The notes: a model not told the origin generated them from the letters alone. DNA of 34,214 nt from an uncultured Syntrophaceae bacterium (GCA_964556675.1 CAZKYN010000002.1:1-34214), one strand, 5' to 3'; shown: positions 24,536-33,417, counted from the stretch's first letter. Numbers and translations are program-made.

Positions 24536-26362
24536 ATGAAAGATTTGTTCAAGGCTGCCCCCGGAGAATCTTACTGGGGCGGCGTCATCAAATCCATGGG
24601 GCTTGTGTTCGGCGATATCGGGACAAGCCCCATTTACACTCTGACCGTTATCTTTGCCCTCAGCAGGCCGACGCCGGACCACGTTATCGGGATCATATCC
24701 CTGATATTCTGGACCCTTATCATCCTCGTCACCGTTCAGTACGGGTGGCTTGCCATGAGCCTCGGCTACAAGGGGCAGGGCGGCGGCATCATGCTGCGGG
24801 AGACGCTCATCAAGGTAATGAAAAAGGGCCGTTCGGTGTCCCTGGCCGGCTTCCTTACGTATGCCGGCGTTTCCCTGTTGCTCGGCGACGGCGTTATCAC
24901 TCCCGCCATCAGTATCCTTTCGGCCGTGGAAGGGACCCTGCTCATCCCGGGCTTTGAGAATATCGGCGAGACTTTCCTGGTCCTTATAGCGGCTCTTATA
25001 GCTGTGGGGCTTTTCTCGATCCAGCACCGCGGCACCGACAAGGTCGCCTGGACATTCGGGCCGGTCATGGTCGTCTGGTTTGCCGCCCTCGCGTTCTCCG
25101 GGTTTGTTTCCTTCCTGGAAATGCCCTGGATAATCCGGGCGATCCACCCGGTCCATGCAGTTGATTTTTTGTATCACAACGGATTTGCGGGATTCGTCGT
25201 CCTCTCGGAGGTGATCCTGTGCGCGACCGGGGCCGAGGCCATGTTCGCCGATATGGGTCACCTCGGGCGCTGGCCCATCCTCCGGGCCTGGATGTTCGTT
25301 CTAATCGCCCTGGTCCTCAACTACCTTGGGCAGGGCACTTATGCCATTCTCCACCCGGAGGCCGGGAACATCCTGTTCAGCATGGTCCGGGACCAGGCGC
25401 CGCTGCTGTACATTCCGTTCCTTGCCCTCACAATCCTGGCTACGATCATCGCCTCACAGGCGATGATCAGCGGCGTGTTCTCAATCGTCTACCAGGGGAT
25501 CACGACCCGGATCATGCCGATGTTCAAGGTGAATTATACTTCAAGCGAACTCCAGTCCCAGATATATATCGGTACCGTAAACTGGTTCCTGCTCATCTCT
25601 GTCGTCTTCGTGATGATAATCTTCCGGAGCTCGGCCAATCTGGCTGCGGCATACGGCCTCGCCGTCATGGGGTCGATGACGACGACCACAGTCATGATGG
25701 TGATCATCTTCACGCACGTGCAGAGGTGGAAGCTTCCGGCGGCCCTTGCGGTATGCGCTATAGATTTCATTTACCTGCTCTCCACGCTTACCAAGCTGCC
25801 GCACGGCGCATACTGGTCCCTGATACTCGCGGCGATCCCCCTCGCCGTCATGCTGATCTACATCAAGGGCCAGCAGATGCTGTTCCGCTCCCTGCGGCCG
25901 CTCGATGTTGATACATTCCTCACAGGTTACGAGCAGGTCTATGCCAGGGGCCGGATCCCGGGGACGGCGCTCTTCTTCACCCGGAGCTGGAATATCGTGC
26001 CGCCTTACGTGATCCACTGTATTTTCCGGAGCAACATAATTTATGAAAGAAATATTTTCATCTCGATCACGAGGACGGAAGAGCCCTTCGGCGTGGACAC
26101 GGTAGTGCGGAAAGGCATCGGCACGGGCCTGGACGGCTTCGAGATACTGGCCGGCTACCGGGAGGTCCCGGACATTGAAGGGATCCTGAACGAAAACGGC
26201 ATCTACGAGAAGGTCATCTTTTACGGCATAGAAGACATCATCACCGGCAATCCCGTCTGGCACGTGTTCAGCTTCATAAAAAAGGTCACCCCCAATTTTG
26301 TCCAGTTCTACAAACTGCCGCCAAGCAAACTTCAGGGGATAGTCACCAGACTGGAAATTTAG
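24536..26362 (+). CDS. kup: KUP/HAK/KT family potassium transporter, copy 2 (tandem paralog)
   Basis: 608 aa from ATG 24536 and colinear with copy 1 (MKDLFKAAPGESYWGGVIKSMGLVFGDIGTSPIYT...). The TTG at 24500 in the track is probably not the start, since copy 1 aligns from the ATG. Confidence 0.97.
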   Translation: MKDLFKAAPGESYWGGVIKSMGLVFGDIGTSPIYTLTVIFALSRPTPDHVIGIISLIFWTLIILVTVQYGWLAMSLGYKGQGGGIMLRETLIKVMKKGRSVSLAGFLTYAGVSLLLGDGVITPAISILSAVEGTLLIPGFENIGETFLVLIAALIAVGLFSIQHRGTDKVAWTFGPVMVVWFAALAFSGFVSFLEMPWIIRAIHPVHAVDFLYHNGFAGFVVLSEVILCATGAEAMFADMGHLGRWPILRAWMFVLIALVLNYLGQGTYAILHPEAGNILFSMVRDQAPLLYIPFLALTILATIIASQAMISGVFSIVYQGITTRIMPMFKVNYTSSELQSQIYIGTVNWFLLISVVFVMIIFRSSANLAAAYGLAVMGSMTTTTVMMVIIFTHVQRWKLPAALAVCAIDFIYLLSTLTKLPHGAYWSLILAAIPLAVMLIYIKGQQMLFRSLRPLDVDTFLTGYEQVYARGRIPGTALFFTRSWNIVPPYVIHCIFRSNIIYERNIFISITRTEEPFGVDTVVRKGIGTGLDGFEILAGYREVPDIEGILNENGIYEKVIFYGIEDIITGNPVWHVFSFIKKVTPNFVQFYKLPPSKLQGIVTRLEI

Positions 26363-26486
26363 ACAGGACTGTTGAAAAAGGCCCACGTGCGGCGTTGCGC
26401 TGCAAACCTCGTTATCAGTATATACGCCCTCTTCGGTTTTTGCGCGCCTTGCATTTGGACCTTTTTGAACAGCCCGAGATTTGATG

Positions 26487-26687
26487 TCAAAATTTCTTGA
26501 CAAGCTTTTCCTTAACCGTTATCTCTCGGGCACACGCGATACAAATCTCTTCAGACGGCTTTTTATGCTGAAGAATTGAGATCTCTACGATAATTTTCCC
26601 GTACGGCTTGCTTCTGTTTGTTTTGTCCTGTTTTGATATCTGGTCGTAGATGAACACGTCGGCATACAAAAAGACCGGTCCCGGCAC
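26487..26687 (-). CDS. possible small hypothetical protein (uncertain)
   Basis: AT-rich ORF divergent from the CsgG-like gene. A GTG at 26687 lies 9 nt after AAGGA. The product is Lys/Ile-rich with one CxxC, and no family is recognised. Confidence 0.25.
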   Translation of the reverse strand: MPGPVFLYADVFIYDQISKQDKTNRSKPYGKIIVEISILQHKKPSEEICIACAREITVKEKLVKKF

Positions 26688-26735
26688 GAATCCCAATCCT
26701 TATACTTTTCTGCATTCTACCAGATGGAGGTTGTC

Positions 26736-27884
26736 ATGACTGAAATGGGGAGGCTTTTTGCATTTATTTCTGTTTTATCCCTGCTGGCGGCGGGGTGCGC
26801 TACCAGGGTGCCCGTCAACATGCTCAAGCCCGCCAATTACCATGAGGCGGCGATGGCGAAGGTTGTGGCAGTCGTTCCCTTCAACGGCAACGGCGGCCAG
26901 GAGTTCGCATCCGAGATTGAAGGCGTCCTGGGGAGCATAACAATCGACGACAGGCAGTACTTTACCCTGATCGACAGGACATCGCTTGACAAGGTCATGT
27001 CCGAAATGAAGTTCTCGCAAAGCGGGCTCGTCGATTCGTCGAAGGCCGTTCAGCTGGGCAAAATGCTTGGCGCCCAGGGCATTTACACGGGGACGGTCCA
27101 GAAGAGTTTCAAGAGCAGCTACTACCGGGAAAACCGCGAAGAATGCGCGAGATACGAGGAATACAAAGACAGCAAAGGCAGAACTCAGCAGGGCAAGTGC
27201 CTGCGCTACAGGAAATGGATGGTAAGCTGCACCAAGAATGCCCTGAATTTCATCTGCAACCCGAAACTGGTTGAAGTGCAGACCGGCAGAGTCGTGTACG
27301 CCCGCAACCTGACCGGTTTTGCCGAAGATTCAAAGTGCGAGGACGCGGGCTCCCCGCGCGGTGAGTACGAGCTGCTCGAGACCGCCAAGGCCCAGGTGAA
27401 AATGAGCTTCCGCCAGGACATCGCTCCCTATTATGAAACGAGGATGGTCAAGCTTATGGACTCGACGGACGGGATAACCAATCCGGCGGCCTCCGGGAAG
27501 CTCAAGCAGGGGATTACCTGGGCCGGCAAAAAGCGGCTCGACAAGGCGTGCGAGCTCTGGGGCGAAGCGGCATCCCTGACATCCACGTCATATGCCTTGT
27601 CGTATAATCTGGGTGTCTGCGCCGAGAGCAGAGCCGATGTCGAAACCGCCAACAGGCTTTACAGGAAAGCGGAGGACATGCTGGGCAAGCCGGATGACGA
27701 CATCTCTCAGGCGGTGATGAGGACCGGCGAAGCGGTGAAAAATTTGAAAAAGCTCAGCCAGCAGATGAAGGGGACGGATCAGGAATCAAGAGTGGCCCCG
27801 GCGTCGCAGCCGGCGGTGCAGGATGACGCCGCTGAACCGTCTCCGCCGCCAAAGAAGAAAAAGAAATCGAGCAGGACTTATTGA
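26736..27884 (+). CDS. CsgG/HfaB-like outer-membrane lipoprotein with Cys-rich insertion and TPR-like C-terminal region
   Basis: GGAGG lies 5 nt upstream of ATG 26736. Lipobox LLAAGC. The CsgG-family pattern is VAVVPFNGNGG...FASEIEGVL...YFTLIDRTSLDKVMSEMKFSQSGLVDSSKAVQLGKMLGAQGIYTGTV. The C-terminal tail is PPPKKKKKSSRTY. Confidence 0.7.
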   Translation: MTEMGRLFAFISVLSLLAAGCATRVPVNMLKPANYHEAAMAKVVAVVPFNGNGGQEFASEIEGVLGSITIDDRQYFTLIDRTSLDKVMSEMKFSQSGLVDSSKAVQLGKMLGAQGIYTGTVQKSFKSSYYRENREECARYEEYKDSKGRTQQGKCLRYRKWMVSCTKNALNFICNPKLVEVQTGRVVYARNLTGFAEDSKCEDAGSPRGEYELLETAKAQVKMSFRQDIAPYYETRMVKLMDSTDGITNPAASGKLKQGITWAGKKRLDKACELWGEAASLTSTSYALSYNLGVCAESRADVETANRLYRKAEDMLGKPDDDISQAVMRTGEAVKNLKKLSQQMKGTDQESRVAPASQPAVQDDAAEPSPPPKKKKKSSRTY

Positions 27885-27922
27885 TCGGCCGCAGCAGGAA
27901 TCAGTGAATCAAGCCGATGAAA

Positions 27923-27950
27923 AGCGGGGCCGCCCGGCCCTGCTTTATTT
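27923..27950 (+). terminator. rho-independent terminator of the CsgG-like gene
   Basis: AGCGGGGCC / GGCCCTGCT form a 9-bp stem (one G-U wobble) with loop GCCC, followed by TTTATTT. Confidence 0.7.
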
Positions 27951-28000
27951 GCTCATACACAATTCAGTCGACAACGGTCGGAAAGGGGAAAGTAAAATGA

Positions 28001-28037
28001 AATCGGAAAATCGCAGGGACGACCGGCAGGTCGCCCC
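28001..28037 (-). terminator. probable terminator of the protease/OMP operon
   Basis: On the minus-strand RNA, GGGGCGACC-UGCC-GGUCGUCCC forms a 9-bp stem with one G-U. A U-rich stretch (GAUUUUCCGAUUU) follows after a few nt. It lies 56 nt downstream of the OMP stop. Confidence 0.45.
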
Positions 28038-28092
28038 TTGTCCGCCGGGGAGCTAAAGTATTGCCTTCGAGCTCCCTTTAAAAATAAGAACT

Positions 28093-28803
28093 TTAGAAAT
28101 GCCACCTCAGGCCGATCATGAATGCGTGACCGCCTGCCTCGAGGTCGTGCTTGGAATAAGTCTTTGCCAGATTTGCATTTATGTAATCGATCAGTTCGCC
28201 GTCTGCATCGCTGACGGTCACCTTTGAGTACCTGTACTCGACAAGGAAGCTCACGGGCGCATCATAGAAGTTATCCTCCGCCGGGTTTTTGTAGAAGACA
28301 TATTCGACTCCGGCCAGACCGTGAAAACCGAAACTGTTGAAGGTCTTCGTGTCGTTATAGGAAAGGCCGCCAAAGTCGTATTTCAACTTGCCCATCGTGA
28401 AATAATAATCCGGGCCCGCCCCGATATAAAATCCGAAATTGCTTACCGGCAAATAGACCTTGATGCTGGGGGAGAAATAAATGCTGGTGAACCTTGTATC
28501 CAGGTTATCCGTGCCCATAATTGCGCCCGGATGGTATTTGCTTATGCCGGAATAGCCCAGCGCAGCCTCTATACCCAGGAACCGCGTGAATTTCCTCTCG
28601 TAAGAGATTTCCCCCACGAACCCGTCATAATCTTTCTTGTCTATGCCCCAGAAATCGGTGAAGTCGCTGCTTTCCGCGATCCGGTAGCCCCCCTTTACGG
28701 CCAGGGCATTCTTCCTCTCGGTCAGGGCGCTTTGGGCGTATGATGTCCCGTAAAGCGCCAGGACAAATAACAATGTTAACAGCAGGCTGACAGTTCTTTT
28801 CAT
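28093..28803 (-). CDS. small outer-membrane beta-barrel protein (OmpW/OmpA-barrel-like)
   Basis: Signal peptide MKRTVSLLLTLLFVLALYGTSYAQS, alternating amphipathic beta-strand pattern rich in Y/G/F, and a C-terminal ...GLRWHF ending in aromatic Phe. SD GAGAGGTG upstream of ATG 28803, which lies 10 nt after the protease stop. Confidence 0.8.
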   Translation of the reverse strand: MKRTVSLLLTLLFVLALYGTSYAQSALTERKNALAVKGGYRIAESSDFTDFWGIDKKDYDGFVGEISYERKFTRFLGIEAALGYSGISKYHPGAIMGTDNLDTRFTSIYFSPSIKVYLPVSNFGFYIGAGPDYYFTMGKLKYDFGGLSYNDTKTFNSFGFHGLAGVEYVFYKNPAEDNFYDAPVSFLVEYRYSKVTVSDADGELIDYINANLAKTYSKHDLEAGGHAFMIGLRWHF

Positions 28804-28813
28804 GGACACCTCT

Positions 28814-31126
28814 CTAATTTTCGGTTGCAAGCGTTTTATACAGCTTCAGGAACCTGAAGAATATAAACAGGGCTGCGATAACCAGCAGCAGCAGGGAAAC
28901 CAGCAATTCAGGACCGCCGTTGATTGCGGCAGACGAGAGGACAACGGCGGGGGCTAGCATCAGGCGAGTCAGGGCCTTTGCCGATTCATGCTTCGCAATG
29001 AACTCTGCAACAGGCGGACTCACCTGATAGTAGAATTCGACGAATTTCCGGCCCGGCGCCGAGTTCAACAGGTATGTATCGCGGAACGCCCTCAGGATGC
29101 CCACATTCTTCTCCAGGGGCGAGCCGAACGCAGCCGTCGCAATGAAACACCCTGCGCTTCCTCCGTCGACTGTAGTGGCGGTTTCCATTGTTATGGAAGC
29201 CTCATTGGAATAGAAGGAGTTGCCGTGGGAGTCATAAGACCTCACCCGGTAATAAACCGTCGTGCCTGTTGGCGTACCGACATGGCTGTATGTGGTTGTG
29301 CCGATGGGCACAGTGCCGATTTCCGACCAGGTCCCTCCCGAGCCGCCCTTGCATTCTATGCGGAAACCCGTGGCCGCCGGCGAATTCCCGGTCCAGCTGA
29401 GTTCCGCCCTGGCCGGCGCGCTCTTCGCGGCGCTCAGGAGAGTCGGGGCGGCGGGCAGGTTCATGGCATTGTATATGTTAATGCGGCCGCCGCTGGCAAC
29501 CTTGCCGTTCAGAGAGCCGATCTTGTCCACGCTGTTGATGATCATGTAGCGGATCTGTTCCATGGTGCAGCCCGAAAAGGCGGGAACGCTCCAGAGCAGG
29601 GCTGCAGCCCCTACTACGTGAGGCGTTGCCATCGAGGTGCCGTCCATGAACTGGTAAGCGTTTGTGTACACGTTCGAGTACTTGGTTATATTTAAATTAT
29701 CGATATCATAACCGGTGCCGACTATGTCTGAACCGTCGGAATGGAAACAGATCCTTACTCTGACAGTGGCCACCCCGTCGAAATCCCGAATATCGACTGA
29801 AGCGGAATACGATGTCAAGTTCCCGGAAAAAGTATCAGCCATAGTTGTCCAGGTTGTTCCACCATCGCCGGAAACCTGGACGTAAACGCAATCATATTCG
29901 TATTCGGTCCGGCCTGTAATGGTAAATTCAACCCTGCAGTAAGTCGCCCCGGTGAGGTCAATTACCGGCGAAGTTGCGTAGCATTCGGAACTATTCACGT
30001 AAGGTTTGTTGGTCAGCACACCCCCGGAAATCGTCCATGTGTTATTCGTGCCTCCGAAAGTCCAGGCTCCGACCGCGGCAAAATTTTCCGTCCAGTGGTT
30101 CGCCCGCGAGGGGGCCAGGCTATAAATGTTTACCCCGGGGGCGCCTACGTGGACAGTCGAAACACCATAATTGGAAAAGGCGCACAGGTTGTCGTTCTGA
30201 TCGGTTGCCGCCACAGCTATTATGTTCGGCAGATTATAGGACGAGGGGTAATTAAGATACACGTCGTTGTTGACGCCGTCATTGCCCGCGGCGGCAACGA
30301 AGAGAACTCCCGCCGTACCCGCTGCGCTTATGGCATCTCTTAAAGGCGTGCTGTCCGCATACATGCCGAAACTGGCGTTTATTATTTTCGCGCCGTTAGC
30401 CACAGCGTAGTTGATGGCCGATACTGCATCGGAGATAGACAAGCCATAAGAGTCTCCGACGCGCAGAGGCATAATCCGGGCTGTCCAGTTTATCCCCGCA
30501 ACACCTGTTGCATTATTGCCGATTGCGCCTATCGTGCCCGCGATATGGGTCCCATGGCCGTAAGTGTCCATAGGCGAGGCATTGCCGGCGACGAAATCAT
30601 ATCCTGCAATTGTGTTTGCACTTATATCGGTATGGAGGTAATCGACCCCTGTATCCACTATGGCGACAATTTTAGAGCTGCCGTTCGTGATTGTATCCCA
30701 AGCTTGGCAAGCGCTTATGTCACATCCGGAAGTCCCGGTCACAGTATCGACGCTCTGCCCGGTATTGTTAAGTCCCCAGAGCTGAACGAAAGAGGCATCG
30801 TCGGGAGTAGATGCCAACTTGCAAATATAATTCGGCTCGGCGTATTCCACATCCGAATCGGACCTGAGGAGGTTGACAGCTTCAGTGATGGACATGCCGT
30901 ACGGCAATTTCTTCCGGTAGAAGTCCTGTTTGGAAAAATGCTGAAGCGTTGTCGTCCCCAACCTCGCATTCATGGCCGCCGCCTTCGCCGGCCCGGCGCC
31001 GGCCTTGTACTTCACCAGGATTTCCCCGGGGACAAACCTGATTTCAGGCTTTTTTTGGGAGATGGCAATAGAGGTCAGGGAAATGCAGACGGAAACCGTC
31101 AACAGGTAGATCAGGAATTTTTTCAT
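28814..31126 (-). CDS. multidomain S8 (subtilisin-family) serine protease
   Basis: Domain order: signal peptide, I9-like propeptide, catalytic domain with a large insertion, FN3-like domain, CFIATAA-box C-terminal tail with TM helix. Signal peptide is [24 protein letters not shown] and the propeptide runs [10 protein letters not shown]...[10 protein letters not shown]. Catalytic residues sit in VDTGVDYLH (Asp), [11 protein letters not shown] (His), AAAGNDG (Asn) and [16 protein letters not shown] (Ser codon 29635-29633). The FN3-like segment is [10 protein letters not shown]...[13 protein letters not shown] and the tail starts [29 protein letters not shown]. Confidence 0.95.
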   Translation of the reverse strand: MKKFLIYLLTVSVCISLTSIAISQKKPEIRFVPGEILVKYKAGAGPAKAAAMNARLGTTTLQHFSKQDFYRKKLPYGMSITEAVNLLRSDSDVEYAEPNYICKLASTPDDASFVQLWGLNNTGQSVDTVTGTSGCDISACQAWDTITNGSSKIVAIVDTGVDYLHTDISANTIAGYDFVAGNASPMDTYGHGTHIAGTIGAIGNNATGVAGINWTARIMPLRVGDSYGLSISDAVSAINYAVANGAKIINASFGMYADSTPLRDAISAAGTAGVLFVAAAGNDGVNNDVYLNYPSSYNLPNIIAVAATDQNDNLCAFSNYGVSTVHVGAPGVNIYSLAPSRANHWTENFAAVGAWTFGGTNNTWTISGGVLTNKPYVNSSECYATSPVIDLTGATYCRVEFTITGRTEYEYDCVYVQVSGDGGTTWTTMADTFSGNLTSYSASVDIRDFDGVATVRVRICFHSDGSDIVGTGYDIDNLNITKYSNVYTNAYQFMDGTSMATPHVVGAAALLWSVPAFSGCTMEQIRYMIINSVDKIGSLNGKVASGGRINIYNAMNLPAAPTLLSAAKSAPARAELSWTGNSPAATGFRIECKGGSGGTWSEIGTVPIGTTTYSHVGTPTGTTVYYRVRSYDSHGNSFYSNEASITMETATTVDGGSAGCFIATAAFGSPLEKNVGILRAFRDTYLLNSAPGRKFVEFYYQVSPPVAEFIAKHESAKALTRLMLAPAVVLSSAAINGGPELLVSLLLLVIAALFIFFRFLKLYKTLATEN

Positions 31127-31135
31127 GTCGCGCTC

Positions 31136-31555
31136 TCAGTTTCGGACAGGTTTGGCGATATAATTAGGTTCCGCGTATTCTACTTCTTCATATTTTTTGA
31201 GGTCCGCTATCCTTTTGTCCACTGACAGGCTTGTCTCGCGGGATTTCAACAGGTAAAGGGACGGGGGAGTCACGGTTTTAATGATTTCGAGCCCTTCTTT
31301 TCGGGCAATCTCCCGGATCCTTTTCTCCCCGGTTCCCGGCTTGAACTTCACAAGAATTTCCCCGGCTTTAGCTGCAGGGGCAGGCACTTTCTTTTTATCC
31401 GCCTTGACGTCCTTCAGTTTGCTCTCCTGGTCGGCTGTTTGTGAATTGTTGCTTTTTGCCGGGCAGCAGGGGGCCGTCCCGGAGCAAGCCGCCAGAAAAA
31501 GCAGGACTGTGCACGCCGAGAGGACGGCTTTCACCGCTTGTACCCGCTCGGGCAA
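31136..31555 (-). CDS. lipoprotein consisting of a free-standing subtilase-propeptide (inhibitor I9)-like domain
   Basis: Lipobox LLFLAACSG. The C-terminal ~75 aa (GEILVKFKPGTGEKRIREIARKEGLEIIKTV...[16 protein letters not shown]) parallel the propeptide of the adjacent protease. It ends 9 nt before the protease start. The true start may be GTG 31534 (MKAVLSACTVLLFLAAC) rather than TTG 31555. Confidence 0.7.
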   Translation of the reverse strand: MPERVQAVKAVLSACTVLLFLAACSGTAPCCPAKSNNSQTADQESKLKDVKADKKKVPAPAAKAGEILVKFKPGTGEKRIREIARKEGLEIIKTVTPPSLYLLKSRETSLSVDKRIADLKKYEEVEYAEPNYIAKPVRN

Positions 31556-31872
31556 TTCTCATACAAATCCCGGACCTTCACTCCCGGCGAATGCCGGTTA
31601 GGGAAGCCCCCGGATATATTGGTTGTTTTGGTTACAGGGATATATGGGAAATGAACCGGGAGGCGGTTCGATTTGGTCGAGAGATTGCGCAGAGTGTGGC
31701 TTTCGGGCAGCATGAGCATAGTACGTTCGGAAAAACAGAATGAGGATCAAAAGCAACAATCAGTTCGAGCATACATAGAACAGTGTTGAAATAATGTCAA
31801 CTCGCAAAATGCGAAAGGCCGGTCCTCCGGATACCCGGACTCCGGTGTCTCTTTTCGGGCAGTCTATGTTTG

Positions 31873-31908
31873 AGAAAAAAGCAGGGGCGGCCTATCGGCC
31901 GCACCTGC
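31873..31908 (-). terminator. rho-independent terminator of the UDP-sugar dehydrogenase gene
   Basis: On the minus strand, GCAGGTGCGGCC-GATA-GGCCGCCCCTGC forms a 12-bp stem with one mismatch, followed by TTTTTTCTC. It lies 30 nt after the stop at 31939. Confidence 0.8.
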
Positions 31909-31938
31909 AGGTTGGAGGTGGAATCGATTAATATCTTT

Positions 31939-33237
31939 TCAGGCGCTGTATACCAGGCCGTTCTTTATCTTCACTACATTGCGGGTGTCGACGACAGGGA
32001 CCCCGAAAGACGTGAAATCAATTTTGGCATACTCGTCATGCGCCGTCACGATCAGGATCAGGTCGTAATCGGCGGTGATCGGCACCGACCGGCGCCCGGC
32101 GAATTTCGCGTACTCGCGGGTGAGCCTCACGCCGGCAATGTACGGGTCGTTGAAGCTGACATGGGCCCCCAGGTCCTCGAGCTTCTCCATCAGGCGATAG
32201 GCCGGGGATTCACGGTCGTCGTCCACGTTTGCTTTATACGAAAGACCGGCAAGCAGCACCCTCGACCCGGCGACATGTTTGCCGGCATCGTTGAGGGCCT
32301 TGATGACCTTCAGCACCACATGGTCCGGCATGGAAGTATTGATCTCGCCCGCCAGCTCGATAAAGCGCGTGCAGAAGTCGAATTCCCGGGCTTTCCAGGT
32401 GAGATAGAAGGGGTCGATCGGGATGCAGTGGCCGCCCAGGCCCGGACCCGGGTAGAACGCCTGGAAACCGAACGGCTTGGTTTTGGCCGCGTCGATCACT
32501 TCCCAGATGTCTATGCCCATCTTGTCGAAGAGCACCTTGAGCTCGTTGACAAGAGCGATATTCACGGACCTGTAGATATTCTCGAGCAGCTTCGCGGCCT
32601 CGGCCACGCGCGTCGACGACACGGGAACCGTCGTGGCCACGACTGTATCATAGAGGGCCTTGGCGGCTTCGAGGCACTGCGGCGAATAACCGCCGACGAT
32701 CTTGGGGATCGTGCCCATCTTGAAATCCCTGTTGTTCGGGTCCTCGCGCTCCGGCGAGAATGCCAGGCAGAAATCGCTGCCGGCCTTGAGCCCCGATTTT
32801 TCGAGGATGGCCCGCATGTCCTGGTCGGTGGTGCCGGGGTAAGTAGTCGATTCAAGCACCACCAGCTGGCCTTTCCTCAGGTATTGGGAAACCATTTGCG
32901 TGGTATTGAAAACGTATGACAGGTCCGGCTCGCGGTACTTGTTCAGGGGGGTGGGAACGCAAATGATTATGCAATCCATCCGGGAGAGCTTCGAGAAATC
33001 GCCGGTCGCCGCGAAGCTCCCGTTCTTTTTGCCTTTTGCAACCAGGGGGGAAACGTCAATGTATTTGATATAACTGCGGCCCTTTTTCAGGCAGTCGATC
33101 TTGCTTTTATCGATGTCGAATCCCGTGACGCTGAAACCCGCCTTGCGGAAGTTAAGCACCAGGGGAAGTCCCACGTAACCCAGGCCGATTATTCCGACCC
33201 TGGCCTTTCGAGTTCTGATTTTTTCGGTGAGGCGCAT
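31939..33237 (-). CDS. nucleotide-sugar dehydrogenase (UDP-N-acetyl-D-glucosamine/mannosamine 6-dehydrogenase family, WbpA/WecC/TviB-like)
   Basis: N-terminal Rossmann motif ARVGIIGLGYVGLPLVLNF and catalytic-Cys motif GPGLGGHCIPIDP. Start placed at ATG 33237 (MRLTEKIRT..., SD AAAGGG) rather than the longer ORF start at 33306. Confidence 0.9.
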   Translation of the reverse strand: MRLTEKIRTRKARVGIIGLGYVGLPLVLNFRKAGFSVTGFDIDKSKIDCLKKGRSYIKYIDVSPLVAKGKKNGSFAATGDFSKLSRMDCIIICVPTPLNKYREPDLSYVFNTTQMVSQYLRKGQLVVLESTTYPGTTDQDMRAILEKSGLKAGSDFCLAFSPEREDPNNRDFKMGTIPKIVGGYSPQCLEAAKALYDTVVATTVPVSSTRVAEAAKLLENIYRSVNIALVNELKVLFDKMGIDIWEVIDAAKTKPFGFQAFYPGPGLGGHCIPIDPFYLTWKAREFDFCTRFIELAGEINTSMPDHVVLKVIKALNDAGKHVAGSRVLLAGLSYKANVDDDRESPAYRLMEKLEDLGAHVSFNDPYIAGVRLTREYAKFAGRRSVPITADYDLILIVTAHDEYAKIDFTSFGVPVVDTRNVVKIKNGLVYSA

Positions 33238-33417
33238 TTTAAACCCTTTCGCTGTTGCGTTGTAATCTATATCCAGCACGCATATTGAATACAGGAAATC
33301 TTGCATGCCCCGGGGAAAAAGACAATCAATTTTTGTTTCTGTTTGCTTCGACTAAACAGGGGCGCCCCGCGGGACGGCCGGGGTGCGTATGAATGCGATG
33401 AAAAATGAGGTAAATTC

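Noticed and set aside
27997-28056. 19-codon ORF (MKSENRRDDRQVAPCPPGS) with an upstream GGAAAGGGGAAAG between convergent genes
   Set aside because: It coincides with the minus-strand terminator hairpin of the protease/OMP operon (28001-28037) and lies downstream of the plus-strand terminator, so it is unlikely to be expressed.
31611-31648. Direct repeat GGATATAT(T/G)GG, two copies 26 bp apart, in the promoter region of the protease operon
   Set aside because: The repeat is short and has only two copies, so it cannot be distinguished from chance without comparative data. It is noted only as a possible regulator site.
31870-32919. 349-aa plus-strand ORF overlapping the UDP-sugar dehydrogenase gene
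   Set aside because: This is a shadow ORF. It is Arg/Gly/His-rich with no recognisable domain, while the minus-strand frame has Rossmann and catalytic-Cys motifs.
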